From IMG/VR virus record IMGVR_UViG_3300025087_000160: DNA of 41,675 nucleotides, one strand, 5' to 3'. The translations under genes were made by a program, and so were the position numbers. Below the pieces are notes generated by a model. It was not told the DNA's origin. It made no database searches and saw only the letters and a list, made by a program, of their open reading frames with translations. Of the stretch, positions 15,937-24,373 are shown piece by piece. The DNA is from a virus. Each line of letters opens with the position of its first letter. Position 1 is the first letter of the stretch.

Positions 15937-15942
15937 TATAAT
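15934..15942 (+). promoter_or_regulatory. Extended -10 TGaTATAAT, 6 nt before the ATG at 15949
   Basis: TGATATAAT-aaaagt-ATG. The TGA is the stop of the upstream ORF. Confidence 0.55.
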
Positions 15943-15948
15943 AAAAGT

Positions 15949-16671
15949 ATGGTAGACAAACCAACTCAAAAAAATGAGGAAGGCCAAGAGATACAGCAAG
16001 AAACTCCGACTTCGGAAGTTCAACCTCAAGGCACGCAACCAACTCCGGCTCCATCGCAAACGCAACTTTCAGATGACCAAGTAGCTTCATTAAAAGATTC
16101 TATTACTAAAGACGTATCAGGCGTAGTTAGTCAGGAAGTAAGTAGGTCAGTTATTCAAAAAATAGGCGAGGCGTTGGGTCTGACCAAGAAACAGGAGGAA
16201 ACACTGCCGACTGATGCAGATGCCCTCAAAAAGATAGTTAATGAGCAATTAGAGCAAAGATTTACCAAGTTGCAGGAGGAAAGCGAAAAAGAGGAGCAAC
16301 AAACCACGACTCAAAGGCAAGAAAGAATCAATGGAATAGTACAAAGTTGGTACTCTCAATACAATCAACTGGCAAGATTGGGTAAGGTTCCTCAAATGAA
16401 AGAGGCCAAGGATGGCGATGCTGGCTATGATGCGAGAAAGAAAATAATCTTGGCGATAGGCAAGATGATTGAACAAAACAGATCGCAAGGAGTCGAATAC
16501 ACTCCGTCTATAGCTGATGTATTAGTAGCTTATCCGCAAATATTACAAGGGCCGCCTGGCGCAGATTTGCCCATAAGCGGGAATACCCAAGTAAGGGAGT
16601 CGGGAGAAAGTTTTAAACATTCTGATTTAAAGAAATCTTGGGAAGAGATTGCGGCGGGCGAATTTAGTTGA
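15949..16671 (+). CDS. Putative scaffolding protein
   Basis: 240 aa, acidic and Q/E/K-rich with predicted coiled-coil character. Lies between portal and capsid. Confidence 0.45.
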   Translation: MVDKPTQKNEEGQEIQQETPTSEVQPQGTQPTPAPSQTQLSDDQVASLKDSITKDVSGVVSQEVSRSVIQKIGEALGLTKKQEETLPTDADALKKIVNEQLEQRFTKLQEESEKEEQQTTTQRQERINGIVQSWYSQYNQLARLGKVPQMKEAKDGDAGYDARKKIILAIGKMIEQNRSQGVEYTPSIADVLVAYPQILQGPPGADLPISGNTQVRESGESFKHSDLKKSWEEIAAGEFS

Positions 16672-16672
16672 T

Positions 16673-16701
16673 TTGCTAATATTTGACAAATAGTTTACAA
16701 T
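16673..16701 (+). promoter_or_regulatory. Sigma70-type promoter TTGCTA-17-TACAAT
   Basis: -35 at 16673..16678, 17-nt spacer, -10 at 16696..16701. Confidence 0.5.
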
Positions 16702-16720
16702 AATACTAACGACAAAATAG

Positions 16721-16746
16721 TCGGCTCAACAGGAGCCGATTTTTTG
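16721..16746 (+). terminator. Intrinsic-terminator-like hairpin
   Basis: TCGGCTC-aacag-GAGCCGA followed by TTTTTTG. Confidence 0.7.
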
Positions 16747-16759
16747 TTTAATAACAATT

Positions 16760-17869
16760 ATGGCAGGATTTTCAGTAACCCCAGACGGAATCAACCCTTC
16801 TAATAGGGTAGAAGGTAAAACACTGCGAGCACTTCATGGCAAAGTTGTAGATACTATCTTAGAAGCTCCAACTTATCTCTCCCGCTTGATGGGTAAAGCT
16901 AAACCATTCAGGGGTGTAGTAATGGATTGGACTATCAAGTATCAGCAATCATCTCAATTTGAGTGGTTCACTGGCTTAGAGAATCTGAACTCTTCAGCAG
17001 AAGATAATGAGATCACCCTTTCATTCGCACATACCGCAGGAACCCAACCCAAGGTTTCTATCATGTTAGAGAGTTTTGCTAATGCCGGAGCAGAAGGAGT
17101 TATTCCCTTGGATGCATATAAGCATGAAGAGGCGGCACTTGAGGTGGTTGATGCAGTTGCCGAGGCGGCTTACAGTACGGGGGCAGGAGATACGCCAAAC
17201 GGCCTTCAGGCAATTGTAGACAACGGAACAAACGCTGCAACAATCGGAGGCCAAACTCGATCAAGCTATGACGTTTTGGATGCGACCTATACGAGCTGGG
17301 GGACGATGACCTTGGCCAAACTTGCAACTTTGGATGACGCTTGTGCAAAGGGCGGAGGGGCAGCATCGGTTCCTAACATCAACTTAACCACTTTTGCGGA
17401 TTGGAGTCTTTACGAGGAACTCTTAGACCCACAAGTAAGAGCAAATTATAACTCAGGTGGTTGGCCAAGAATGAGCGTAAGGGGAGAAGGATCAGCCGAT
17501 GCCAAACTGGGCGGCGCAGCAGGATTCCTTTCACTTCACCACAGGGGGATGCCGGCAATCAAGGACAAAAAGGCAACTCCTGGTGTTTGGTACAAACTTA
17601 ACGAAAGTTCATTTGGATGGTTCGGCAGGACAGTAGTACCAACTGAATACGCAAAACTTGGACTTGAAAAGATAAATCTTGGTTCACTTGAGGGAATGGA
17701 ATCACTCGCAAAAGAGGAGATGCCATCCGCCTTCAACGGGTGGTTCTATCAGCCTCCTTTGATGATGCCCGACCAAGCAGGAACAATCGCAAGATTCTAT
17801 GTAATCGGACAAATCGCAACTTGGAGGCCAAACCTTAACGGTCAAGGTCATTCAATAACAGGAGTCTAA
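16760..17869 (+). CDS. Putative major capsid protein
   Basis: 369 aa. Follows the scaffold-like gene, bracketed by promoter/hairpin upstream and a terminator at 18729. Positional call. Confidence 0.6.
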   Translation: MAGFSVTPDGINPSNRVEGKTLRALHGKVVDTILEAPTYLSRLMGKAKPFRGVVMDWTIKYQQSSQFEWFTGLENLNSSAEDNEITLSFAHTAGTQPKVSIMLESFANAGAEGVIPLDAYKHEEAALEVVDAVAEAAYSTGAGDTPNGLQAIVDNGTNAATIGGQTRSSYDVLDATYTSWGTMTLAKLATLDDACAKGGGAASVPNINLTTFADWSLYEELLDPQVRANYNSGGWPRMSVRGEGSADAKLGGAAGFLSLHHRGMPAIKDKKATPGVWYKLNESSFGWFGRTVVPTEYAKLGLEKINLGSLEGMESLAKEEMPSAFNGWFYQPPLMMPDQAGTIARFYVIGQIATWRPNLNGQGHSITGV

Positions 17870-17870
17870 A

Positions 17871-18602
17871 ATGGGAAAACTATCAATAATATTACCATCA
17901 GCACAAGGCACAACATCACAATTGCTTTCAATCGGCAACCGCTACGAGGATGCCTGGGGTAGAACTTTTCACTATGCTTTCTGTACAACAGCAATCGGCA
18001 GAGGAAAACTTGCGGCAGGGGCAGCAATAGTTGCGAATCACAATAACCTTTCTTTCCAAACAGCGCCGGCAGTAGGAGACAAGAGTGTTAAGGTAACCCT
18101 CGGAGGCACGGCGGCAACAGCGGAACAATACAAAGACGGTTGGCTGGTAGTTAATGACGGAACTGGAGAGGGAAGAGCTTACCCAATTGAAGGACACATA
18201 GCTCAAACTTCAACCACGGGTACACTTGAGGTTCTCCTCAAAGAAGCAATTGATACCGCAGGTGTATTATCAGAAGCAAATGTAGATTTGGTTTACAATA
18301 GATATGACGAGCTTCTAGTGCAATCTGGTACGACCCAAACATACGTTCCGGCAGGAGTACCGATAATGGTAGGTGGGCTTGGAGCTTCAGAGTATGGCTA
18401 TATTCAAACTTGGGGACCATGTGCAGTTTGGGCAGATGAGGCAAACGATGCAGTAGGAACATCAATCACTTTCGGAGCCGGGACTGGAACAGGACAATAC
18501 GAATGCGTAGATGCGGCAACAGAGCCATTCTTGGGTGTAACTGGGCCATCAACAGTAGTTGCAACAGAATATCCGCTCGTGTATCTTATGATAGATCGCT
18601 GA
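17871..18602 (+). CDS. Hypothetical G/A/T-rich virion protein (possible head decoration/auxiliary)
   Basis: 243 aa. AGGAG SD within the capsid 3' end. Same transcription unit as the capsid gene. Confidence 0.5.
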   Translation: MGKLSIILPSAQGTTSQLLSIGNRYEDAWGRTFHYAFCTTAIGRGKLAAGAAIVANHNNLSFQTAPAVGDKSVKVTLGGTAATAEQYKDGWLVVNDGTGEGRAYPIEGHIAQTSTTGTLEVLLKEAIDTAGVLSEANVDLVYNRYDELLVQSGTTQTYVPAGVPIMVGGLGASEYGYIQTWGPCAVWADEANDAVGTSITFGAGTGTGQYECVDAATEPFLGVTGPSTVVATEYPLVYLMIDR

Positions 18603-18728
18603 TGTAAACTAAACCAACTCATGTTTGCCAAAACTCTTTTAACGTAAGAAATGGCAAAAATTGACAGATAACGCTTTGCTGCTCAATTGAGTGTGCATTG
18701 CCTTAATAGGTAGAAGCGTAAAGAGATT

Positions 18729-18754
18729 AACCCCTTTTTACGAGGGGTTTTTTA
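18729..18754 (+). terminator. Rho-independent terminator
   Basis: AACCCCT-ttttacg-AGGGGTT followed by a T run. Confidence 0.75.
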
Positions 18755-18760
18755 ATAAAT

Positions 18761-18892
18761 ATGCCTAAATCTAAAAAAGTAGAAAAGAAGCCAGAATTAG
18801 ATTCAAATAATTTCGCCGATTATGGTGACTTTATTGCTGCCAAAAAGGTAGCGGAAGTAAAAGTAGAACCTAAAGTTGAGGAGGAAAAATGA
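18761..18892 (+). CDS. Hypothetical lysine/glutamate-rich protein (43 aa)
   Basis: Hand-translated. Its stop overlaps the ATG at 18889 (ATGA), and its 3' end supplies the GAGGAGG SD. Confidence 0.4.
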   Translation: MPKSKKVEKKPELDSNNFADYGDFIAAKKVAEVKVEPKVEEEK

Positions 18893-19920
18893 GAGCAGAT
18901 AGATATTACCCAGGATTTCATAGGAACCTTAAATGGTATCCTGATGATTTAGTATTACCAGGTATGCCACTTGAGGGCGGGAATGTTTGGTATGTAGACG
19001 GTGATAAAAGCTCAAACGGCGGGGGCGGAAGCTGGGAGGACGCTTTCAGCGAAACCCAGTTTAACGGCAATTTATCCAGTATATCCCCAGCAATCGCAGC
19101 AGGCGATGTGTTTTTTGTCGCAGGCAGGACGATGGCCGCAACCGACACCGACCCCATTAGTTATACGGCTAATTTGGTTGTCAATGTTCCCCAGGTTTCC
19201 ATAATCGGAGTTTCAAGAGGCAGAACCCAGGGCGGGCTTCCCCAGCTTAAAGTCGGGGCAACCACAACTTCTCCTATTATTGAGACTAAAGCTCCTGGTG
19301 TAATGATTGCCAACCTTGGTATTAATGGTGCGGGGGCAACTGGTGGAGGCATTCTCCTTACTGACGATGGTGGTTCAACCGCAGCCGCTTTTGGTTGGTC
19401 AGTTCTCGGTTGTCACTTTAAGAATTGTGTAGGTACTGATTCCACTGACGCTGAGACTGGCGGAGCAATTCAATGGGGGTCCGGGGGCGGTGCATGGCAA
19501 GGATTGGTAAGCGGATGTAGATTCTATAAGAACACTGGGGACATTACCCTTCCCGATAGTGCGAATACAATTCCTCAAGATATTGTCGTAGAGAATTGTG
19601 AGTTTTCTGGCCCGGCTGCCAATACCGATTGTAATGTCTACGCAGGGACAGGAGGCATAAATGGATTAGTAATTCGTGATTGTACCTTTAGTGCTATGCC
19701 AAATATAACGTCTGGAGAAACAAAAAGGTATGTTTCTTTGGTTGATAGTGTAGGCATCATTGCGAATTGCTATTTTGCTTCTATTACTGCTCCAACAAGT
19801 GCAGCAGGAACTTTTGCGTCAAATGGTTCTCTCGGTATCGTTGCTGACACAATGTTTGTTTCTCATTGCTTTGGAGAATCCACAACCACAGCTGAATCCG
19901 CAGAAATCTTCAGGACCTAA
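18889..19920 (+). CDS. Right-handed beta-helix (pectate-lyase-like) protein, putative tail spike/depolymerase
   Basis: GGNVWYVDGDKSSNGGGGSWEDAF...AGDVFFVAGRT is a typical N-terminal signature of parallel beta-helix proteins. Gly/Thr-rich repeats follow. Confidence 0.55.
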   Translation: MRADRYYPGFHRNLKWYPDDLVLPGMPLEGGNVWYVDGDKSSNGGGGSWEDAFSETQFNGNLSSISPAIAAGDVFFVAGRTMAATDTDPISYTANLVVNVPQVSIIGVSRGRTQGGLPQLKVGATTTSPIIETKAPGVMIANLGINGAGATGGGILLTDDGGSTAAAFGWSVLGCHFKNCVGTDSTDAETGGAIQWGSGGGAWQGLVSGCRFYKNTGDITLPDSANTIPQDIVVENCEFSGPAANTDCNVYAGTGGINGLVIRDCTFSAMPNITSGETKRYVSLVDSVGIIANCYFASITAPTSAAGTFASNGSLGIVADTMFVSHCFGESTTTAESAEIFRT

Positions 19921-19947
19921 TCTTCTTGACTCTTTCTTTCTCTTAAG

Positions 19948-19956
19948 TGTTATAAT
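19948..19956 (+). promoter_or_regulatory. Extended -10 TGtTATAAT, 5 nt before the ATG at 19962
   Basis: TGTTATAAT-tagtt-ATG. TTGACT at 19926..19931 sits 19 nt upstream. Confidence 0.55.
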
Positions 19957-19961
19957 TAGTT

Positions 19962-20186
19962 ATGGTCTATACCCACGACTTTAAACTGGAATTTGATGGT
20001 TTAATTATTGAGGGCGAGATTGAATTTAACGAAGACGGCATTGCTTCTTATAAATTCTCCGATACTTATAACTTCACAATTGAGCAAACTGACAATCTGA
20101 CCCGTTTAATGAATCTTTGGCACAATATTTATCAGGCTTTCGGTGAAACAATCAAACTAATAAGGTTAAAAGAAAAGGTGGTATAA
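19962..20186 (+). CDS. Hypothetical protein (74 aa)
   Basis: Track ORF with an adjacent promoter motif. Confidence 0.55.
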   Translation: MVYTHDFKLEFDGLIIEGEIEFNEDGIASYKFSDTYNFTIEQTDNLTRLMNLWHNIYQAFGETIKLIRLKEKVV

Positions 20187-20187
20187 T
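20179..20187 (+). promoter_or_regulatory. Extended -10 TGgTATAAT, 6 nt before the ATG at 20194
   Basis: TGGTATAAT-tagatt-ATG. Overlaps the upstream TAA stop. Confidence 0.55.
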
Positions 20188-20193
20188 TAGATT

Positions 20194-20709
20194 ATGACTT
20201 CATTTGCCGCAGCACAAGACAGAGATGATAATGCCCAAGTAATAAGAAGTGAGAGTGCCTTCAGGACTAAGAAAACTATAACTTTTGCAGGAGCTACTAC
20301 TAATGCTTGGGGAGATGATGGTGGGACTTTAGATGGGGGAGTTGTTTTTACCGTAACGGGCCTCGTGTTTGTAAAACTTATAGCAACTTGTACAACTCTT
20401 TTAGATTCAGATGGTGCGGCAACTCTTTCGGTAGGTATCACGGGAGATACAGCTATTTTTCTACCTGTTGAAACAGCTACACAAATAGATGCGGGGCAAA
20501 TATGGCTAAATGACGCAGCAAATGCCACTTTCGCTATTGTCGGTGAAGAAAATGCAGCGATAGATAACTTGCCTATATATGCCCTTAATGGGAACGATAT
20601 TATCTTAACTATCGCAGGCAGTGCCAACGTAACCTCGGGAGTACTTGACTTCTATTGTCTTTGGAATCCCGTTTCAGATGACGCAGCAATTGTCGATTCG
20701 GGTTTGTGA
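20194..20709 (+). CDS. Hypothetical virion protein (171 aa), beta-rich
   Basis: Preferred over the antisense ORF 20187..20627 because of gene orientation and the promoter motif. Confidence 0.6.
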   Translation: MTSFAAAQDRDDNAQVIRSESAFRTKKTITFAGATTNAWGDDGGTLDGGVVFTVTGLVFVKLIATCTTLLDSDGAATLSVGITGDTAIFLPVETATQIDAGQIWLNDAANATFAIVGEENAAIDNLPIYALNGNDIILTIAGSANVTSGVLDFYCLWNPVSDDAAIVDSGL

Positions 20710-20715
20710 TATAAT
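20707..20715 (+). promoter_or_regulatory. Extended -10 TGaTATAAT, 6 nt before the ATG at 20722
   Basis: TGATATAAT-ttactt-ATG. The TGA is the upstream stop codon. Confidence 0.55.
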
Positions 20716-20721
20716 TTACTT

Positions 20722-20988
20722 ATGGCAGATAAAAAGGACGAAAAAGTCCAAGAAAAACCACAAAGAACTCCGGTGGATCAGCTTTTATTAAACTTCCTAA
20801 AGGAACACGATATCATTTTAATTGTTGACGGGATAGATGTAGTTGTAAACACCGTAAAAGACTTCGTTTGGGTTGTTGATAGAAGGCCAAGAATAAGGGT
20901 GCAATACCGGGACGAAATGAAACCAAAAGAGCAAGCCACAAACAGAAACCAGACACAGGTTGAATCTGAGCTGGAAGTAAAAAATTAA
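20722..20988 (+). CDS. Hypothetical protein (88 aa)
   Basis: Track ORF with an adjacent promoter motif. Confidence 0.55.
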   Translation: MADKKDEKVQEKPQRTPVDQLLLNFLKEHDIILIVDGIDVVVNTVKDFVWVVDRRPRIRVQYRDEMKPKEQATNRNQTQVESELEVKN

Positions 20989-20990
20989 CC

Positions 20991-21641
20991 ATGATGCAAC
21001 TGGACAAGAAAAAAAGTAGTTATCAAATTGAACTCGAAAGACGTTCTAATGATTTGTTAAGAGTTTATAATCCTTTGAACGAGGATAAGGTTGTTATTTG
21101 GGATTTGCGGTCTGGCGGCAAAATTTTCCGTGTTCCCGCTAAACAAGAAGCCGTATTTCCAAGATATATTTCTGAAAAATATATCAGGGAAATGTACGAC
21201 AAGATATTAAATGACAAGGCTCACGATGCTATTATTAAAGAAAACCAAAGAAGAATTGCCGCAGGCATGGCGGCAATGGATAAAACTTTTAAAACCAATG
21301 AGCAAATGGTGTTTGAGCAGAAATTCTACAATCCAAACAGCGATGAAGCAAGGAAGATAATTTCGCTTTTGTATGTGGGAGTCGAAACCGAGTACGGGAT
21401 TGATCGTGAATACCAAGTACAGAAAAAAGAGGGTTCGCGTGAGTATAAGGACACACTCAAAAGCGTACAAGAGGAAAAGGGGGAGTCCACAAACGGCAGG
21501 AAAACCACTCCTGATGCGTCTAGTGAAACCACGGAAAGCATTTACAAATGTGACACATGCGGCTTTATTGCCAAGGGCAAAATAGGGTTGTTTTCTCACC
21601 GCAGAACGCATAGGGAGGAGTTGGAGAAGGCGATAAAATGA
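20991..21641 (+). CDS. Hypothetical protein with C-terminal C2H2-type zinc finger
   Basis: YKCDTCGFIAKGKIGLFSHRRTH = C-x2-C-x12-H-x3-H. The N-terminal part is paralogous to ORF 21801..22040. Confidence 0.6.
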   Translation: MMQLDKKKSSYQIELERRSNDLLRVYNPLNEDKVVIWDLRSGGKIFRVPAKQEAVFPRYISEKYIREMYDKILNDKAHDAIIKENQRRIAAGMAAMDKTFKTNEQMVFEQKFYNPNSDEARKIISLLYVGVETEYGIDREYQVQKKEGSREYKDTLKSVQEEKGESTNGRKTTPDASSETTESIYKCDTCGFIAKGKIGLFSHRRTHREELEKAIK

Positions 21642-21808
21642 CGAAAATAAGAGAACAAGTTTCAAATATACTTGGTTTTACGATAATGCCCGACGAATGG
21701 GATAAATCCTTCGAGGAACTGGACAGGGAGGGAAGGATTACCAAGAGGCACCTCATAAAATTCATCCTATTGCTTCTGAAATTAGAGGAAAGCCGAGAAA
21801 ATGCATAA
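21638..21808 (+). CDS. Hypothetical protein (56 aa)
   Basis: Hand-translated. ATGA-coupled to the upstream stop. Confidence 0.4.
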   Translation: MTKIREQVSNILGFTIMPDEWDKSFEELDREGRITKRHLIKFILLLLKLEESRENA

Positions 21809-22040
21809 CTTTGCATCGGTATTCAACCCACTTAATAAAAATGTGATCGTTCATTGGGATTTAAGCGGTAAATTACCCAGAACTTGGACACTAAAATCCA
21901 AAGAGATTACCAAAATTGAGTCAACTTATGAAAAACACGTAAGACGGGCGTTAGTTGATGAAATGTTTAATGTAAAAGGCAACTCTCGTATTGCTCACGA
22001 CATTCAAGAGAAAAAATTTTACAAAGAAACTGAAATATAG
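21801..22040 (+). CDS. Hypothetical protein (79 aa), paralogue of the N-terminus of ORF 20991
   Basis: Shared VFNPLN..V..WDL.. and ..KKFY.. blocks. Confidence 0.55.
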   Translation: MHNFASVFNPLNKNVIVHWDLSGKLPRTWTLKSKEITKIESTYEKHVRRALVDEMFNVKGNSRIAHDIQEKKFYKETEI

Positions 22041-22042
22041 AT

Positions 22043-22369
22043 ATGGGCACGACTTTTGACGAGTCAAGCGAATTCATAAAGGAAATCAGGGGCAAGATCG
22101 CTGATATAATGAAGCAGATTGACGATTTCGTGGCCATAGTCGAGGCGAGGGTAAAGACGAGGGAAAACGAGCTCACTGAGCAGATGAAGAAATTTGAAAC
22201 CTTGAAGGACAGGGAGGCCGAGCTTGAGAATCAAAGACTGGAAGTTGAAAAAAGCAAAAAAGAGCTCCACAAGCAAACTTCAGCTAACAGGGACAAGCAG
22301 ATCGCACTCGACAAGAAAGAGCAGGGGCTTCAGGACAAACTTCAGAGAGTACAGAGCATTTTAAACTAG
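22043..22369 (+). CDS. Hypothetical coiled-coil protein (108 aa)
   Basis: Heptad-like E/K/Q/L-rich sequence. Confidence 0.55.
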   Translation: MGTTFDESSEFIKEIRGKIADIMKQIDDFVAIVEARVKTRENELTEQMKKFETLKDREAELENQRLEVEKSKKELHKQTSANRDKQIALDKKEQGLQDKLQRVQSILN

Positions 22370-22371
22370 AG

Positions 22372-22380
22372 TGATATAAT
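22372..22380 (+). promoter_or_regulatory. Extended -10 TGaTATAAT, 5 nt before the ATG at 22386
   Basis: GTGATATAAT-aaatt-ATG, no SD. Confidence 0.55.
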
Positions 22381-22385
22381 AAATT

Positions 22386-23951
22386 ATGACAGATATTGCT
22401 CCAATTGACCAAAATGCGGTTAAGGGACTGATAGCTTTAGATGACACAACCTCTGCTCCAATTGCCGTACAAGCAAAAACCACAACAGGCGCTTTATATG
22501 TCCATTTAGATTCTTCAGATGTTTCTATTGCCGGAGGAACGGAATACTCAGACGGGGACGTAAACGCTGACCCAACAGGGACAGTTGCGATGGGAACTGA
22601 CGGCAGCAATATCTTTGCACTCCATACTGATGCCTCAGGCGACCTTCAGGTTGATATTCTTAATGCCTCGCTTGCAGTTACGGGTACGTTCTGGCAGGCA
22701 ACACAGCCTGTGTCTGGCACTTTCTGGCAAGCGACACAACCAGTATCGGGGACATTTTGGCAAGCTACACAGCCTGTTTCAATGGCGACATTACCGGATA
22801 CCGCCGCAACTGATTTGGCATTACAGACAGCGGACTTAGACACAATTGCAGGGGACACCACATCAATTCAAACGGCGGTTGAGTTAATTGATGATACGGT
22901 TTATATAGACGACGCGGATTGGACGGACTCAACCTCAAAGCACGCCTTAGTTGGTGGTCTTTATCAGTCTGTTCCTCAAACTGTAACTGACGGCGATGTA
23001 GCTCCTTTTAATATAACGGCAAACGGTGCTTTGCATATCAGCGACGCCGGAGGTTCTCTGACTGTTGATGCAAGCAATTTAGATATTAGGGATTTAACTT
23101 CAACTGATGTGGTAACTGTGACAGGCGGGGCAGGACAAACTGCTGACGTTAAGATTACTCTTGATAGTGAGGTTGTACCTGTAACAGGTACTTTCTGGCA
23201 GGCTACACAACCTGTTTCTATTGCCGCTACAGTTACAGTTGATGCCTCAGGTGTTACTGTACCTGTTTCGAATGCAGGATTAACTGAGCTAGCAGCAGCC
23301 ATTAACGCATCTTCTCAAATGGATGTTAACTTAGCAGCATCTGCAATAACCCTGCCTGTATCATTAGCCTCTGTACCTTCTCATGCTGTTACTAATGCCG
23401 GTACTTTTGCGGTTCAGGATGCTACTGCACAAGCTTCTTTATCAGTTTTGGATGATTGGGATGAAACTAATAGGGCGGCGGTTAATACTATTGCCGGTCA
23501 GGTAGGTGTTCAGGGTGCTTCAGGGACTGTTACGGCCCTTACTCAAAGGGTTGTTTTGGCTACAGATGTTGCCTTACCAGCAGGGACTGCTGCCCTTGGG
23601 AAACTTCTACCTCCTGATATAGACGTAACAACCCATACTAATTATGCCAAGAAATACTATACCAATGCCGGAGCTGTAACAGATGGAATTGTATGGAGTC
23701 CAGGAGCTGGTAAAAGATGGCACGTTGTTTCTTTATATGTCCAGACATCTGCTGATGCTACGGTTACTTTTGAGGATGATTTGGCTGCCGGTGATTCTGC
23801 TGTTTTGAAAGGTGAGTTTAAAGCGGGTTCGGGAGTTACAATTCCATTTGATGCTATGTATCCTCTGGCTTCAGGTGAGGACGCGGCTGATTTATTAGTT
23901 ACTACAAGTGCGGGGAATATTTACATAACTTGTGTGGGTTACGAAATATGA
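22386..23951 (+). CDS. Putative tail fibre/receptor-binding protein with GTFWQATQPVS repeats
   Basis: 521 aa, T/A/V/D-rich. Three tandem repeats plus one dispersed 11-aa repeat. Confidence 0.55.
   Translation: MTDIAPIDQNAVKGLIALDDTTSAPIAVQAKTTTGALYVHLDSSDVSIAGGTEYSDGDVNADPTGTVAMGTDGSNIFALHTDASGDLQVDILNASLAVTGTFWQATQPVSGTFWQATQPVSGTFWQATQPVSMATLPDTAATDLALQTADLDTIAGDTTSIQTAVELIDDTVYIDDADWTDSTSKHALVGGLYQSVPQTVTDGDVAPFNITANGALHISDAGGSLTVDASNLDIRDLTSTDVVTVTGGAGQTADVKITLDSEVVPVTGTFWQATQPVSIAATVTVDASGVTVPVSNAGLTELAAAINASSQMDVNLAASAITLPVSLASVPSHAVTNAGTFAVQDATAQASLSVLDDWDETNRAAVNTIAGQVGVQGASGTVTALTQRVVLATDVALPAGTAALGKLLPPDIDVTTHTNYAKKYYTNAGAVTDGIVWSPGAGKRWHVVSLYVQTSADATVTFEDDLAAGDSAVLKGEFKAGSGVTIPFDAMYPLASGEDAADLLVTTSAGNIYITCVGYEI
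22683..22781 (+). repeat. 3 x 33-nt in-frame tandem repeat encoding GTFWQATQPVS
   Basis: Units at 22683, 22716 and 22749. Peptides are identical; codons differ at third positions. Confidence 0.95.
23187..23219 (+). repeat. Fourth, dispersed copy of the GTFWQATQPVS unit
   Basis: GGTACTTTCTGGCAGGCTACACAACCTGTTTCT, in frame. Confidence 0.9.
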
Positions 23952-24046
23952 GCAATTAAAAGGAGGACATTCCTATTTCTAATATAGCAATCTTTAAACC
24001 AAACCAAACACCACAATACCTACAAAGCGTTAATGGCGCAGAGTAC

Positions 24047-24373
24047 ATGGTTGATCCCACTGCACTTGAGGGGAATGTGGTTTCAAATGATCCTGACGTA
24101 ATTTTTAATCCTGACATAAGTGCAGTTCAAAATGTGCCTTTGAAATATTGGAAACGTTCAGGGGATAACATAGTTGAGATGAACCTTGCGGAAAAACAAA
24201 CTATACTAGATGCTGAATTACAAGCAAGAAAAGACGCTGCAAATGATTTCGGTATAGAGGGAATGAAGATAGTTTTAACAGCTTTGATTAAAGTGATAAA
24301 CTTACGATTACCATCAGGGCAAAAAATAACTAAGCAGGAAATGGTTGACGCATTGAAAGGAGAGATAATTTAA
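24047..24373 (+). CDS. Hypothetical protein (108 aa from the ATG; possible upstream non-ATG start)
   Basis: The frame is open from 23960. AGGAGG at 23961..23966 is followed by in-frame ATT codons at 23969 and 23975. Confidence 0.5.
   Translation: MVDPTALEGNVVSNDPDVIFNPDISAVQNVPLKYWKRSGDNIVEMNLAEKQTILDAELQARKDAANDFGIEGMKIVLTALIKVINLRLPSGQKITKQEMVDALKGEII

Noticed and set aside
20187-20627. 146-aa minus-strand ORF antisense to ORF 20194..20709. Similar long antisense ORFs occur at 9343..9759, 21207..21665, 13754..14074, 22976..23302, 28439..28771, 30914..31240 and 31370..31684.
   Set aside because: Their products are A/S/P/V-rich with no start signals. They lie fully inside better-supported plus-strand genes in a genome where the orientation is otherwise uniform. 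They are typical shadow ORFs of GC-richer coding DNA.
22683-22781. Tandem 33-nt repeats considered as a possible CRISPR array or other non-coding repeat array.
   Set aside because: The units are contiguous with no spacers, lie in frame within a long ORF, and diverge only at synonymous positions. No cas genes are present.
22585-22861. ORFs 22585..22839 (+) and 22646..22861 (-) reading through the 33-nt repeats in other frames (for example TGCVACQNVPD repeats).
   Set aside because: These are alternative-frame artefacts of the in-frame GTFWQATQPVS repeats of the 521-aa fibre gene.
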